Assembly (NCBI RefSeq): GCF_030013595.1
Contig: NZ_CP122768.1
DNA: 64,000 bases
Source: Escherichia coli
GTDB lineage: Bacteria > Pseudomonadota > Gammaproteobacteria > Enterobacterales > Enterobacteriaceae
Strand: one strand, 5' to 3'
A model generated the notes under the pieces. The model did no database searches. It worked only from the letters and a program-made list of their open reading frames with translations, and had not been told where the DNA came from. A program made the position numbers and the translations under genes. Shown here piece after piece: positions 52,264 through 61,359 of the stretch (the first letter of the stretch is position 1; the number at the start of each line of letters is the position of its first letter).

Positions 52264-52974
52264 GTGAAATACAAATTACTGCCATGCTTACTCGCGATAT
52301 TCCTCACAGGATGTGACCGCACAGAGGTAACACTTTCATTTACCCCTGAGATGGCCAGTTTCTCTAATGAATTCGATTTTGATCCGCTGCGTGGTCCGGT
52401 AAAAGATTTCACTCAGACATTAATGGATGAGCAAGGTGAAGTGACGAAACGTGTTTCTGGGACTTTGTCGGAAGAAGGCTGTTTTGATTCACTCGAATTA
52501 CTGGATCTGGAAAATAATACCGTGGTCGCTCTGGTACTGGACGCCAATTATTACCGTGATGCCGAGACGCTGGAGAAGAGAGTACGTTTACAGGGAAAAT
52601 GCCAGCTAGCAGAATTACCTTCTGCCGGGGTGAGTTGGGAAACCGATGATAATGGCTTCGTGATTAAAGCCAGCAGCAAACAGATGCAGATGGAATATCG
52701 CTATGATGATCAGGGGTATCCGCTGGGTAAAACCACGAAAAGTAACGACAAAACATTATCTGTCAGCGCCACGCCATCAACGGATCCGATCAAAAAATTA
52801 GATTACACAGCGGTTACTTTACTGAATAATCAACGGGTTGGTAATGTAAAACAGAGCTGTGAATATGACAGTCACGCCAATCCGGTGGACTGTCAGCTAA
52901 TCATTGTTGATGAAGGAGTAAAACCCGCCGTCGAACGGATTTACACCATCAAAAATACTATCGATTATTATTAA
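52264..52974 (+). CDS. ynfC: UPF0257 lipoprotein YnfC
   Basis: GTG start giving MKYKLLPCLLAIFLTGC lipobox; 236 aa. Confidence 0.75.
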   Translation: MKYKLLPCLLAIFLTGCDRTEVTLSFTPEMASFSNEFDFDPLRGPVKDFTQTLMDEQGEVTKRVSGTLSEEGCFDSLELLDLENNTVVALVLDANYYRDAETLEKRVRLQGKCQLAELPSAGVSWETDDNGFVIKASSKQMQMEYRYDDQGYPLGKTTKSNDKTLSVSATPSTDPIKKLDYTAVTLLNNQRVGNVKQSCEYDSHANPVDCQLIIVDEGVKPAVERIYTIKNTIDYY

Positions 52975-52976
52975 TG

Positions 52977-53537
52977 CTATTGTGCGGTCGGCTTCAGGAG
53001 AGTCTGACCCGGTGTTTTGTGCTCTGCCAGATACTGATGCTGGAATATACACATGCGAATAGCATTACGATATTGACCATTAATAAAAAACTCATGCATC
53101 AATTCACCTTCAACCGTAAAGCCAAGCTTGCGGTAAATGTGAATCGCTTTTTCATTCTCTTTATCAACGATCAGATACAGCTTATAGAGATTGAGAACGG
53201 TGAAGCCATAGTCCATTGCTAATTTGGCGGCACGGGTTGCCAGACCTTTCCCTTGATACTCCGGGGAGATAATTATCTGAAATTCTGCGCGGCGATGAAC
53301 ATGGTTAATTTCCACCAGCTCCACCAGACCGGCTTTTTCGCCGTCACATTCCACCACAAAGCGCCGTTCGCTCTGATCGTGAATATGCTTATCGTACAGA
53401 TCAGAGAGTTCAACAAAGGCTTCGTAGGGTTCCTCAAACCAGTAACGCATCACACTGGCGTTATTGTCGAGTTGATGTACATAGCGTAAATCTTCACGCT
53501 CCAGCGGGCGTAGCTTAACACTGTGGGCGCTTGGCAT
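52977..53537 (-). CDS. speG: spermidine N1-acetyltransferase
   Basis: 186 aa GNAT protein, [39 protein letters not shown]. Confidence 0.9.
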   Translation of the reverse strand: MPSAHSVKLRPLEREDLRYVHQLDNNASVMRYWFEEPYEAFVELSDLYDKHIHDQSERRFVVECDGEKAGLVELVEINHVHRRAEFQIIISPEYQGKGLATRAAKLAMDYGFTVLNLYKLYLIVDKENEKAIHIYRKLGFTVEGELMHEFFINGQYRNAIRMCIFQHQYLAEHKTPGQTLLKPTAQ

Positions 53538-53571
53538 AACGTGTCCTTACATTCCTTAAATCAATAACAGG

Positions 53572-53913
53572 TTAGGGGGTAATAACGCGGCCAGTTCGAC
53601 GGTCCAGGCAGCGCAAAGTATTTGGCTCCCAGTAGGCATTGATGTTGGCGCTTTGCTCACATTTATCGCGGTTATCAAAAGCGGCGTCGGCTTTATCCCA
53701 CTCTTTTTCAGTGCGTTTATTCACTTTCTGGCGCAGATTGCGCGTGTCATTCCATTGCTCTTTTTCCATAGCGGCGTGCTGGCGGCTTTGTGCACTGTCG
53801 CCAGACTCAATCACCAGTTTGTTAGTTTCGGCATGAACAGTTGTGCTCAATGCCAGTGCGCAAGGCAGCAGAAAAGCGAGCAGGCCAATTCGTTTGCTGA
53901 GAGTAATTTTCAT
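53572..53913 (-). CDS. ynfB: UPF0482 secreted protein YnfB
   Basis: 113 aa with signal peptide; K-12 synteny. Confidence 0.8.
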
Positions 53914-54047
53914 AATTCATTCCCTGTATGAATGATTAAAGGTGATTCTACACCATCCACTGCGAACGCAAAACGTACCAGGAGGATGTTTATATTGATG
54001 ATATTATGTCGTCCTATAACTATACATGATGTCAATAAGTGACAAAG

Positions 54048-54374
54048 ATGATTAAAACAACGTTACTATTTTTTGCTACTGCGCTGTGTGAAATTATTGG
54101 ATGCTTTCTGCCCTGGTTGTGGTTAAAACGAAACGCCAGTATCTGGCTGTTACTTCCGACGGGGATTTCTCTGGCACTGTTTGTCTGGTTGTTAACGTTG
54201 CATCCTGCGGCGAGTGGGCGTGTTTACGCGGCTTATGGTGGCGTTTATGTCTGCACGGCGTTGATGTGGCTGCGCGTTGTGGATGGCGTGAAACTGAGTC
54301 TTTATGACTGGACGGGGGCATTGATTGCGCTTTGCGGCATGTTGATCATTGTTGCGGGCTGGGGGCGCGCGTAA
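54048..54374 (+). CDS. ynfA: UPF0060 membrane protein YnfA
   Basis: Start [26 protein letters not shown]; 108 aa, four TM. Confidence 0.8.
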   Translation: MIKTTLLFFATALCEIIGCFLPWLWLKRNASIWLLLPTGISLALFVWLLTLHPAASGRVYAAYGGVYVCTALMWLRVVDGVKLSLYDWTGALIALCGMLIIVAGWGRA

Positions 54375-54579
54375 GGACATAAATCCATTTTATCAATAAG
54401 ATACAAGGAAGTGTCAGCTGACAAAAGGTATTCTATTTCATCTTTTGTCAACCATTCACGGCGCAAATATACGCCTTTTTTTGTGATCACTCCGGCTTTT
54501 TTCGATCTTCATACTTGTATGGTAGTAGCTCAGTTGCGTAGATTTCATGCATCACGACAAGCGATGCAAGGAATCGAAC

Positions 54580-55794
54580 ATGAAGATCGTAAAGGCTGAA
54601 GTTTTTGTTACCTGTCCGGGGCGTAATTTCGTCACATTAAAAATCACCACTGAGGACGGTATTACGGGCCTTGGGGATGCCACCCTCAATGGACGTGAGC
54701 TTTCCGTGGCCTCTTATTTGCAGGATCACCTTTGTCCGCAGCTTATTGGTCGCGATGCGCACCGTATCGAAGATATCTGGCAGTTTTTCTATAAAGGTGC
54801 TTACTGGCGTCGCGGCCCGGTGACGATGTCGGCCATTTCAGCGGTTGATATGGCGCTGTGGGATATTAAAGCCAAAGCTGCCAACATGCCGCTTTACCAG
54901 TTACTAGGCGGCGCGTCTCGTGAAGGGGTGATGGTTTATTGCCATACCACCGGTCACAGTATTGATGAAGCTCTGGATGATTATGCTCGTCATCAGGAGC
55001 TGGGATTCAAAGCCATCCGCGTGCAGTGCGGAATCCCTGGTATGAAAACCACCTACGGCATGTCGAAAGGTAAAGGTCTGGCTTATGAACCCGCAACTAA
55101 AGGACAGTGGCCGGAAGAGCAGCTGTGGTCGACGGAGAAATACCTCGATTTCATGCCGAAATTGTTTGACGCGGTACGTAACAAGTTTGGTTTTAATGAA
55201 CATTTGCTGCATGACATGCACCATCGCTTAACGCCTATTGAAGCGGCGCGCTTTGGTAAAAGCATTGAAGATTATCGCATGTTCTGGATGGAAGACCCGA
55301 CGCCTGCGGAAAACCAGGAATGCTTCCGTCTCATTCGCCAACATACCGTCACACCCATCGCGGTGGGTGAAGTCTTCAACAGCATCTGGGACTGCAAGCA
55401 ACTGATTGAAGAGCAACTTATCGATTATATCCGCACTACGCTGACCCACGCGGGTGGTATTACCGGTATGCGCCGGATTGCCGATTTTGCTTCGCTGTAT
55501 CAGGTACGTACTGGCTCACACGGTCCTTCCGATTTGTCACCAGTCTGCATGGCTGCGGCGCTGCACTTTGATCTGTGGGTCCCCAATTTCGGTGTCCAGG
55601 AATACATGGGTTATTCCGAACAAATGCTCGAAGTCTTCCCGCACAACTGGACTTTCGATAACGGCTATATGCATCCGGGAGACAAACCGGGTCTTGGCAT
55701 CGAATTCGATGAAAAGCTGGCGGCGAAATATCCCTATGAACCTGCTTATCTGCCAGTCGCACGTCTGGAAGATGGCACGCTGTGGAACTGGTAA
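54580..55794 (+). CDS. rspA: starvation-sensing protein RspA (enolase-superfamily dehydratase)
   Basis: Start [40 protein letters not shown]; 404 aa. Confidence 0.9.
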
Positions 55795-55805
55795 GGAGTA
55801 AGATA

Positions 55806-56825
55806 ATGAAAAGCATTTTAATTGAAAAACCGAATCAACTGGCAATTATCGAACGCGAAATACCCATCCCGTCAGCGGGTGAAGTACGAGTAAAAGTGAA
55901 ACTTGCCGGAATTTGTGGTTCAGATAGCCATATTTATCGTGGGCATAATCCTTTTGCGAAATATCCGCGCGTCATTGGTCATGAATTCTTTGGCGTCATT
56001 GATGCAGTGGGTGAAGGCGTGGAAAGCGCCAGAGTCGGTGAACGCGTTGCTGTCGATCCGGTGGTCAGCTGTGGGCATTGCTATCCGTGCTCTATAGGTA
56101 AGCCGAACGTTTGTACGACACTGGCTGTATTAGGTGTGCACGCTGACGGTGGTTTCAGTGAATATGCCGTGGTGCCGGCAAAAAATGCGTGGAAAATTCC
56201 TGAAGCAGTGGCCGATCAATATGCGGTGATGATCGAACCTTTTACCATTGCGGCTAACGTTTCCGGTCATGGTCAACCGACTGAAAATGATACCGTTCTG
56301 GTTTACGGTGCCGGTCCAATCGGCCTGACGATCGTTCAGGTATTAAAAGGCGTCTATAACGTTAAAAATGTGATTGTTGCCGATCGCATTGATGAACGAC
56401 TGGAAAAAGCGAAAGAGAGCGGGGCAGACTGGGCGATTAATAACAGCCAGACACCGCTTGGCGAGATTTTCGCTGAAAAAGGCATAAAGCCGACATTAAT
56501 TATCGATGCGGCTTGTCATCCTTCTATCCTGAAAGAGGCTGTAACGCTGGCTTCTCCGGCGGCACGTATTGTATTGATGGGGTTCTCCAGTGAACCGTCT
56601 GAAGTGATTCAGCAAGGAATTACCGGAAAAGAACTCTCTATTTTTTCTTCACGCTTAAATGCAAATAAATTCCCGGTCGTTATCGACTGGTTAAGTAAAG
56701 GGTTAATTAAACCAGAAAAATTAATTACCCATATGTTTGATTTCCAGCATGTTGCTGATGCCATTAGTTTATTTGAACAGGATCAAAAACATTGCTGCAA
56801 AGTCTTACTCACTTTTTCTGAATAA
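55806..56825 (+). CDS. rspB: starvation-sensing protein RspB (Zn-dependent alcohol dehydrogenase family)
   Basis: Start MKSILIEKPNQLAIIEREIPIPSAGEVRVKV; GHEFFG and Cys-rich zinc motifs; 339 aa. Confidence 0.9.
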   Translation: MKSILIEKPNQLAIIEREIPIPSAGEVRVKVKLAGICGSDSHIYRGHNPFAKYPRVIGHEFFGVIDAVGEGVESARVGERVAVDPVVSCGHCYPCSIGKPNVCTTLAVLGVHADGGFSEYAVVPAKNAWKIPEAVADQYAVMIEPFTIAANVSGHGQPTENDTVLVYGAGPIGLTIVQVLKGVYNVKNVIVADRIDERLEKAKESGADWAINNSQTPLGEIFAEKGIKPTLIIDAACHPSILKEAVTLASPAARIVLMGFSSEPSEVIQQGITGKELSIFSSRLNANKFPVVIDWLSKGLIKPEKLITHMFDFQHVADAISLFEQDQKHCCKVLLTFSE

Positions 56826-56882
56826 TACCAATAACGGCGAGTAAGTAGTACGCATCTTACCTCTTTTTTAGAGATAACCATT

Positions 56883-56975
56883 ATGACAATAGAAAAACAC
56901 GAAAGAAGCACTAAGGATTTGGTGAAAGCAGCAGTATCGGGATGGCTGGGCACAGCGCTTGAATTTATGGATTTC
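56883..56975 (+). pseudogene. ydfJ: 5' remnant of an MHS-family transporter gene (ydfJ-like) truncated by prophage insertion
   Basis: ATG at 56883 encodes MTIEKHERSTKDLVKAAVSGWLGTALEFMDF (MHS-family G-x-A-L-E-F-x-D-F N-terminal motif), then reads KSHTCQLFDKY-stop. Confidence 0.55.
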
Positions 56976-57012
56976 AAGAGTCATACGTGTCAACTATTTG
57001 ATAAATATTAAA

Positions 57013-57801
57013 TTAATTTTTCATTGCTTCGTTATGGGGCATGGTTGGGGCAAACTCGCTTAACTGTGTATTTAACAAAGCTACCTGTGCATTATTGTTT
57101 TCAGACATCCATTTTCCGTATACCTGAAATACCATTTGCGCATCTGCATGGCCCATCTGGTTTGCTATAAATGCCGGGTTAGCACCAGCTGTCAGCGACC
57201 AGCAGGCATAAGTATGTCTCGACTGATATGATTTTCGATGGCGGAGTCCGGCACGTTTTATCGCTGCGTCCCACATCTGCCTTATTGAGTCAACGGTAAA
57301 ATGGTCACCATAATTTTTTACTCTCGCTGACACTTCAGGTTGAAAAACAAAGGTGCATTTATGTTTTTCTGTTCTGCCATACTCTCTGAGGTGAACATCA
57401 ATGATATGCTCTTTGCTCAGTCTCGTTAATGTCATCTGACTCCGGAGAGCGTCGATTGCTGGCTTAATAAGATGAATGACCCGATTGGTTCCCGCCTGTG
57501 TTTTTGGTACCGTGAAACGGTCTTTTGCTAAATTTCTCCTGATCATCATTGTTCCATTTTTCAGATCTATGTCCTCCCATCCAAGTGCACACAGCTCACC
57601 AGGGCGAACGCCAGTATAAACAGAAACACACCATAAATTTTTGGCTTGCTGATTTCTGCACGCATCGATAAGACGGATGAATTCCTCCCGCGAAAGAGGA
57701 TCCGGAATGGTTCTTGATTCCTTTAATGGCGAGATCCCCTTAAACGGGTTATCTGCCAGGTAACCGTTATCAACACCAAACTGGAACACGGCGTTAAGAT
57801 T
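57013..57801 (-). pseudogene. lambdoid prophage tyrosine integrase, 3' (catalytic) fragment, separated from 5' part by IS66 copy 2
   Basis: Contains integrase motifs (RPGELCALGWEDID, HIIDVHLREYGRTEK, SRHTYACWSLTAG, HADAQMVFQVYGKW); reading continues in frame from 60502-61016 across the 8-bp TSD. Confidence 0.8.
57794..57801 (+). repeat. 8-bp target-site duplication TTAAGATT of IS66-family copy 2
   Basis: Identical octamer at 60502-60509 outside the other IS end. Confidence 0.8.
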
Positions 57802-57831
57802 GTAAGCGACTCGTCAGAACCGTATTGATAT

Positions 57832-59403
57832 TTACTGAGAGCTCAGATCAACTTTCCAGGGCAACAGATCGCGTACCCGGTTTGCCGGCCAGTCCTGGAT
57901 ATGTTCAATGACGTAACGCAGCCACTTTTCTGGCTCCACATTGTTCAGACGGCATGTGCCGATCAGCGAGTACAACACCGCCGCATGTTCACCACCGCTG
58001 TCGGAACCCGCGAACATCCAGTTTTTCCGGCCTACGGCCACTCCCCGTAAGGCGTTCTCTGCGATGTTGTTGTCGATTTCCACCCAGCCATTACTGCAGT
58101 ACACGTTCAGTGCATCCCACTGTTTCAGCAGGTATGCGAACGCTTTTGCCGTATCTGAGTGACGCGACAGTGTTTTCATCTGTTGCTGTATCCAGTCATA
58201 CAGTGACTGCATCAGTGGCGCGGCTCTGGCTTTTCTTGCCGCCAGACGCTGTTCTGCTGAACAGCCCCGGACCTCTGCCTCGATGGCATACAGTTCACCG
58301 ATACGCTGCAGGGCTTCCGTGGTGATGTAGGTGGGCGCTCTTGCATGCACATCGTGGATTTTTCTCCGGGCATGAGCCATACACGCGGCTTCCGTTATTC
58401 TGCCGGATTCGTATAACGCCCGGTAACCACCGTAAGCATCGGCCTGAAGCACACCGCTGTAACCGGCCAGGTGATTTTGTGGATGGATACCTTTCCGGTC
58501 CGGACTGTACGCGAACCAGACCGCCGGGGGCATCTGTGAACCGGCGTTACGGTCATCACGGACGTAGACCCACAGCCGGGCTGTCCGGGTTTTACCGCTG
58601 CCCGGCTCCTGGACCGGGACGGGGATATCATCAGCATGGACTTTACCGGGCATCAGCACATACTGGCGCAGGACGTCATACAGCGGCTCCAGCAGTTCAG
58701 CAACAGCACCTGTCCAGCGCCCCAGTGTGGCACGGCTCAGCTCCACTCCCTGACGACGGTATATTTCTGACTGGCGGTATAACGGCAGATGGTCTGCATA
58801 TTTCCCGGTGACAACATGGGCCAGAAGCCCCGCTCCGGCATAACTGCGTGCAATGGGTTTTGAAGGTACTGGTGCCTGTACGATATGGTCGCACCGGCAA
58901 CAGGCCTGTTTCGGACGTTGTGTTTCGATAACCTTAAAGGCGCTGCTGATAAGCTCCAGTTGCTCTGACACATCACATCCCAGAGAACTGAGTTCACCAC
59001 CACAGGCAGGACAGCATTCCTCTTCCGGCCGGATAACCCGGGTTTCACGGGGAAGTGAGGCCGGTAACGGTTTACGGGCTGAAGACTGGCGCAGGGCGGA
59101 TGGCAGTACCGGGTCATATTGCTCACCCAGCGTTTCCGCCATTTCTTCCTGAAGTGCGCTGATTCGCTCCTGTGCTTCCTGTATCTGCCGTTCGGTTTTT
59201 GCACGAAGTTTTTCTGAGCTTTTACCGAACTGCATACGTTGCAGTTTCGCAACCAGCGCCTTCAGCCGGTTGATTTCGGAAGCATAAGCCGCCACCCGCT
59301 GTGAGAGCAGGCGGTTGTATTCAGCCATCTGGCGGATGGTGTCCTGTTGCGTCTGCAACAGTGCCCGCAGGCGGGCGTTCTCATGAGCAAGTGAGGTGTC
59401 CAT
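57832..59403 (-). CDS. IS66-family transposase (orf3)
   Basis: 523 aa product identical to 44727-46298. Confidence 0.85.
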   Translation of the reverse strand: MDTSLAHENARLRALLQTQQDTIRQMAEYNRLLSQRVAAYASEINRLKALVAKLQRMQFGKSSEKLRAKTERQIQEAQERISALQEEMAETLGEQYDPVLPSALRQSSARKPLPASLPRETRVIRPEEECCPACGGELSSLGCDVSEQLELISSAFKVIETQRPKQACCRCDHIVQAPVPSKPIARSYAGAGLLAHVVTGKYADHLPLYRQSEIYRRQGVELSRATLGRWTGAVAELLEPLYDVLRQYVLMPGKVHADDIPVPVQEPGSGKTRTARLWVYVRDDRNAGSQMPPAVWFAYSPDRKGIHPQNHLAGYSGVLQADAYGGYRALYESGRITEAACMAHARRKIHDVHARAPTYITTEALQRIGELYAIEAEVRGCSAEQRLAARKARAAPLMQSLYDWIQQQMKTLSRHSDTAKAFAYLLKQWDALNVYCSNGWVEIDNNIAENALRGVAVGRKNWMFAGSDSGGEHAAVLYSLIGTCRLNNVEPEKWLRYVIEHIQDWPANRVRDLLPWKVDLSSQ

Positions 59404-59422
59404 ATCCTCACTTTACAACGGG

Positions 59423-59770
59423 TTATATGCGGATTCCAGCGCGTTCCGTTCGTTTCGGGTGCTTCCAGTTGATACCTTCAAGAAGCATGGATAACTGAGC
59501 CGGAGTAAGGTGCACCTTGCCGTCACGGGTGACTGGCCAGACGAAGCGGCCCCGCTCCAGGCGTTTGGTGAAGAGGCACAGTCCGTCACTGTCAGCCCAC
59601 AACACTTTTATCTGGTCACCCCGGCGTCCGCGGAAGATGAACAGGTGTCCGGAGAACGGGTCATCCTTCAGGACGTTCTGAACTTTTGATGCCAGGCCGT
59701 TAAAGCCATTTCGCATATCGGTGATACCTGCAACCAGCCAGATACGCGAACCTGCAGGGAGAGATATCAT
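59423..59770 (-). CDS. IS66-family Orf2 (TnpB-like)
   Basis: 115 aa identical to copy 1. Confidence 0.85.
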   Translation of the reverse strand: MISLPAGSRIWLVAGITDMRNGFNGLASKVQNVLKDDPFSGHLFIFRGRRGDQIKVLWADSDGLCLFTKRLERGRFVWPVTRDGKVHLTPAQLSMLLEGINWKHPKRTERAGIRI

Positions 59771-60417
59771 CAGTGGCTGCTCCCTTTTATTTCGCGGATA
59801 AGTGTCTGTAATAACGCCGGCGTCAGTTTACCTTTAAGCCTGAGAGTTCCGGCCGGCAGAACCAGCTCACAACACAGACTGTCGGACGGTGTATTTATCT
59901 GCTCTGGTTCCTGTGCGGGGGCCGGGATTTTATTATCCGGCTCCGGCGTTAACGTCACGGGAAGCAGTGCCGGCATATTTTTTCCGGAAGGCAGCAGGCC
60001 ACCTTTCCGGTATTGATGGCGCCAGTTGAAGAGCAGGTTATCGTTGATTCCGTTTTCCCGGGCGATCTGCGCCACACAGGCTCCGGGCTGCAGTGACTGC
60101 TCCACTAAGGCGATTTTAAACTCATAAGGGAAGTTGGGCCGCCGGGGACGTTTTTTTACCACGGGGGCTTCGGATATAACGGTGCTTTCAGGACGTACGA
60201 CTGGTACCGTGGAAAATTGTCCGTAAAGGCAGGCATCAAGTTCCTGCTCCGACATGCCTGCGGGCAAAGGCCACGAAAGGCCAGCTCTCCGAAAGCGCAC
60301 GAACATACTACAAACTGTTGATTTTGGTACACCCAGGCGACGCCCGGCCACAACCCGGGGTAAATGTTCTTCAAAGTGAAGACGTAAAGCTTCAGTGATC
60401 CAGGTCCGGTGTTTCAT
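59770..60417 (-). CDS. IS66-family accessory protein (orf1)
   Basis: 215 aa identical to copy 1. Confidence 0.8.
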   Translation of the reverse strand: MKHRTWITEALRLHFEEHLPRVVAGRRLGVPKSTVCSMFVRFRRAGLSWPLPAGMSEQELDACLYGQFSTVPVVRPESTVISEAPVVKKRPRRPNFPYEFKIALVEQSLQPGACVAQIARENGINDNLLFNWRHQYRKGGLLPSGKNMPALLPVTLTPEPDNKIPAPAQEPEQINTPSDSLCCELVLPAGTLRLKGKLTPALLQTLIREIKGSSH

Positions 60418-60501
60418 ACGATAGTGTCCATTAAAAAATGATGGACATTATTTTTGTAGAGCCGGAGGAAACAGACCAGACGGTTTAAATGAGCCGGTTA
60501 C

Positions 60502-61016
60502 TTAAGATTTGTCATGTAATTATTTACAGTTACAGCCGATCTACCTGGTTGTGTAACAATATAGTTACTTTTGGGGCTCTGGTATCCAGTCAGTAGCTCT
60601 TTACGAACCTCCAGTAATTTTTCTTTATTAATCGATGAGGCAAGATTTTTTTCACCGATTATGCTCAGGATATTTTTGATGACGGCACGGTATGTGTTGA
60701 GTGATGTTTTTGCGACTTCAGTTTCTTTCAGTGCCAGAAATTTTTCAGCCAGTTCTTTTATGGTTAAATCTTGTCGGGTCTCACCAAATTTTTCCAGATT
60801 GCGTGAGGAGGGAAACTGTTTTGCATAGTCGAAAACACCAGTTTTTATTGCGTAACAAACAGAGGCGCGTAGCTCACCTGCAACGCGCCTGTTTTTTGCT
60901 GTGTCAGGAACCCCCAGGTTTTCCCTGACTCTTACGCCTTTATAAACAAACCAGATACGTAATTTCCCTCCATGGTTTTCCACGCCTGTCGGATATTTCA
61001 TTTCAACTTCTCTCAT
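60502..61016 (-). pseudogene. lambdoid prophage integrase, 5' fragment (N-terminal arm-binding domain)
   Basis: MKYPTGVENHGGKLRIWFVYKGVRVRENLGVPDTAKNRRVAGELRASV, typical phage integrase N-terminus; ORF terminates at a stop supplied by the IS end. Confidence 0.8.
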
Positions 61017-61035
61017 TAGTTAGTGTGGCTTTTAG

Positions 61036-61287
61036 TCAAGTAAGATGACGTCTTGGTCTTGCTGATGCCTGGCGCTCAATCCAGCGATCAATTTCTTCCA
61101 GGTTGTAAAAGCATGGACTGTTATCCCATGGCATACCGTCATGAGCGACATGCTTATATTCCCTTCCTTCCATAAACGATTTTTCCCGGGCCTTTTTTAA
61201 CGTACCTTTTTTTATTCCTTTCAGCGCAATTAACTGCTCTTCGGATACCCATTTGCCGGGAGAGACAATCATGATTACTTCGCTCAT
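61036..61287 (-). CDS. putative excisionase-like protein
   Basis: 83 aa basic ORF immediately upstream of int in the standard lambdoid int-xis arrangement; assignment by position and size, no motif identified. Confidence 0.45.
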   Translation of the reverse strand: MSEVIMIVSPGKWVSEEQLIALKGIKKGTLKKAREKSFMEGREYKHVAHDGMPWDNSPCFYNLEEIDRWIERQASARPRRHLT

Positions 61288-61359
61288 CGATTTCTTTATC
61301 TCTTACATCAGACGAGCGCCGGTTGCAGAATACCAGTCACAACCGGCGACAGTTGAACA

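Larger units (their letters stand above)
57802..60501 (-). mobile_element. IS66-family insertion sequence, copy 2 (2,700 bp), inverted relative to copy 1
   Basis: Ends and all three ORF products identical to copy 1 in reverse orientation; own 8-bp TSD. Confidence 0.85.
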
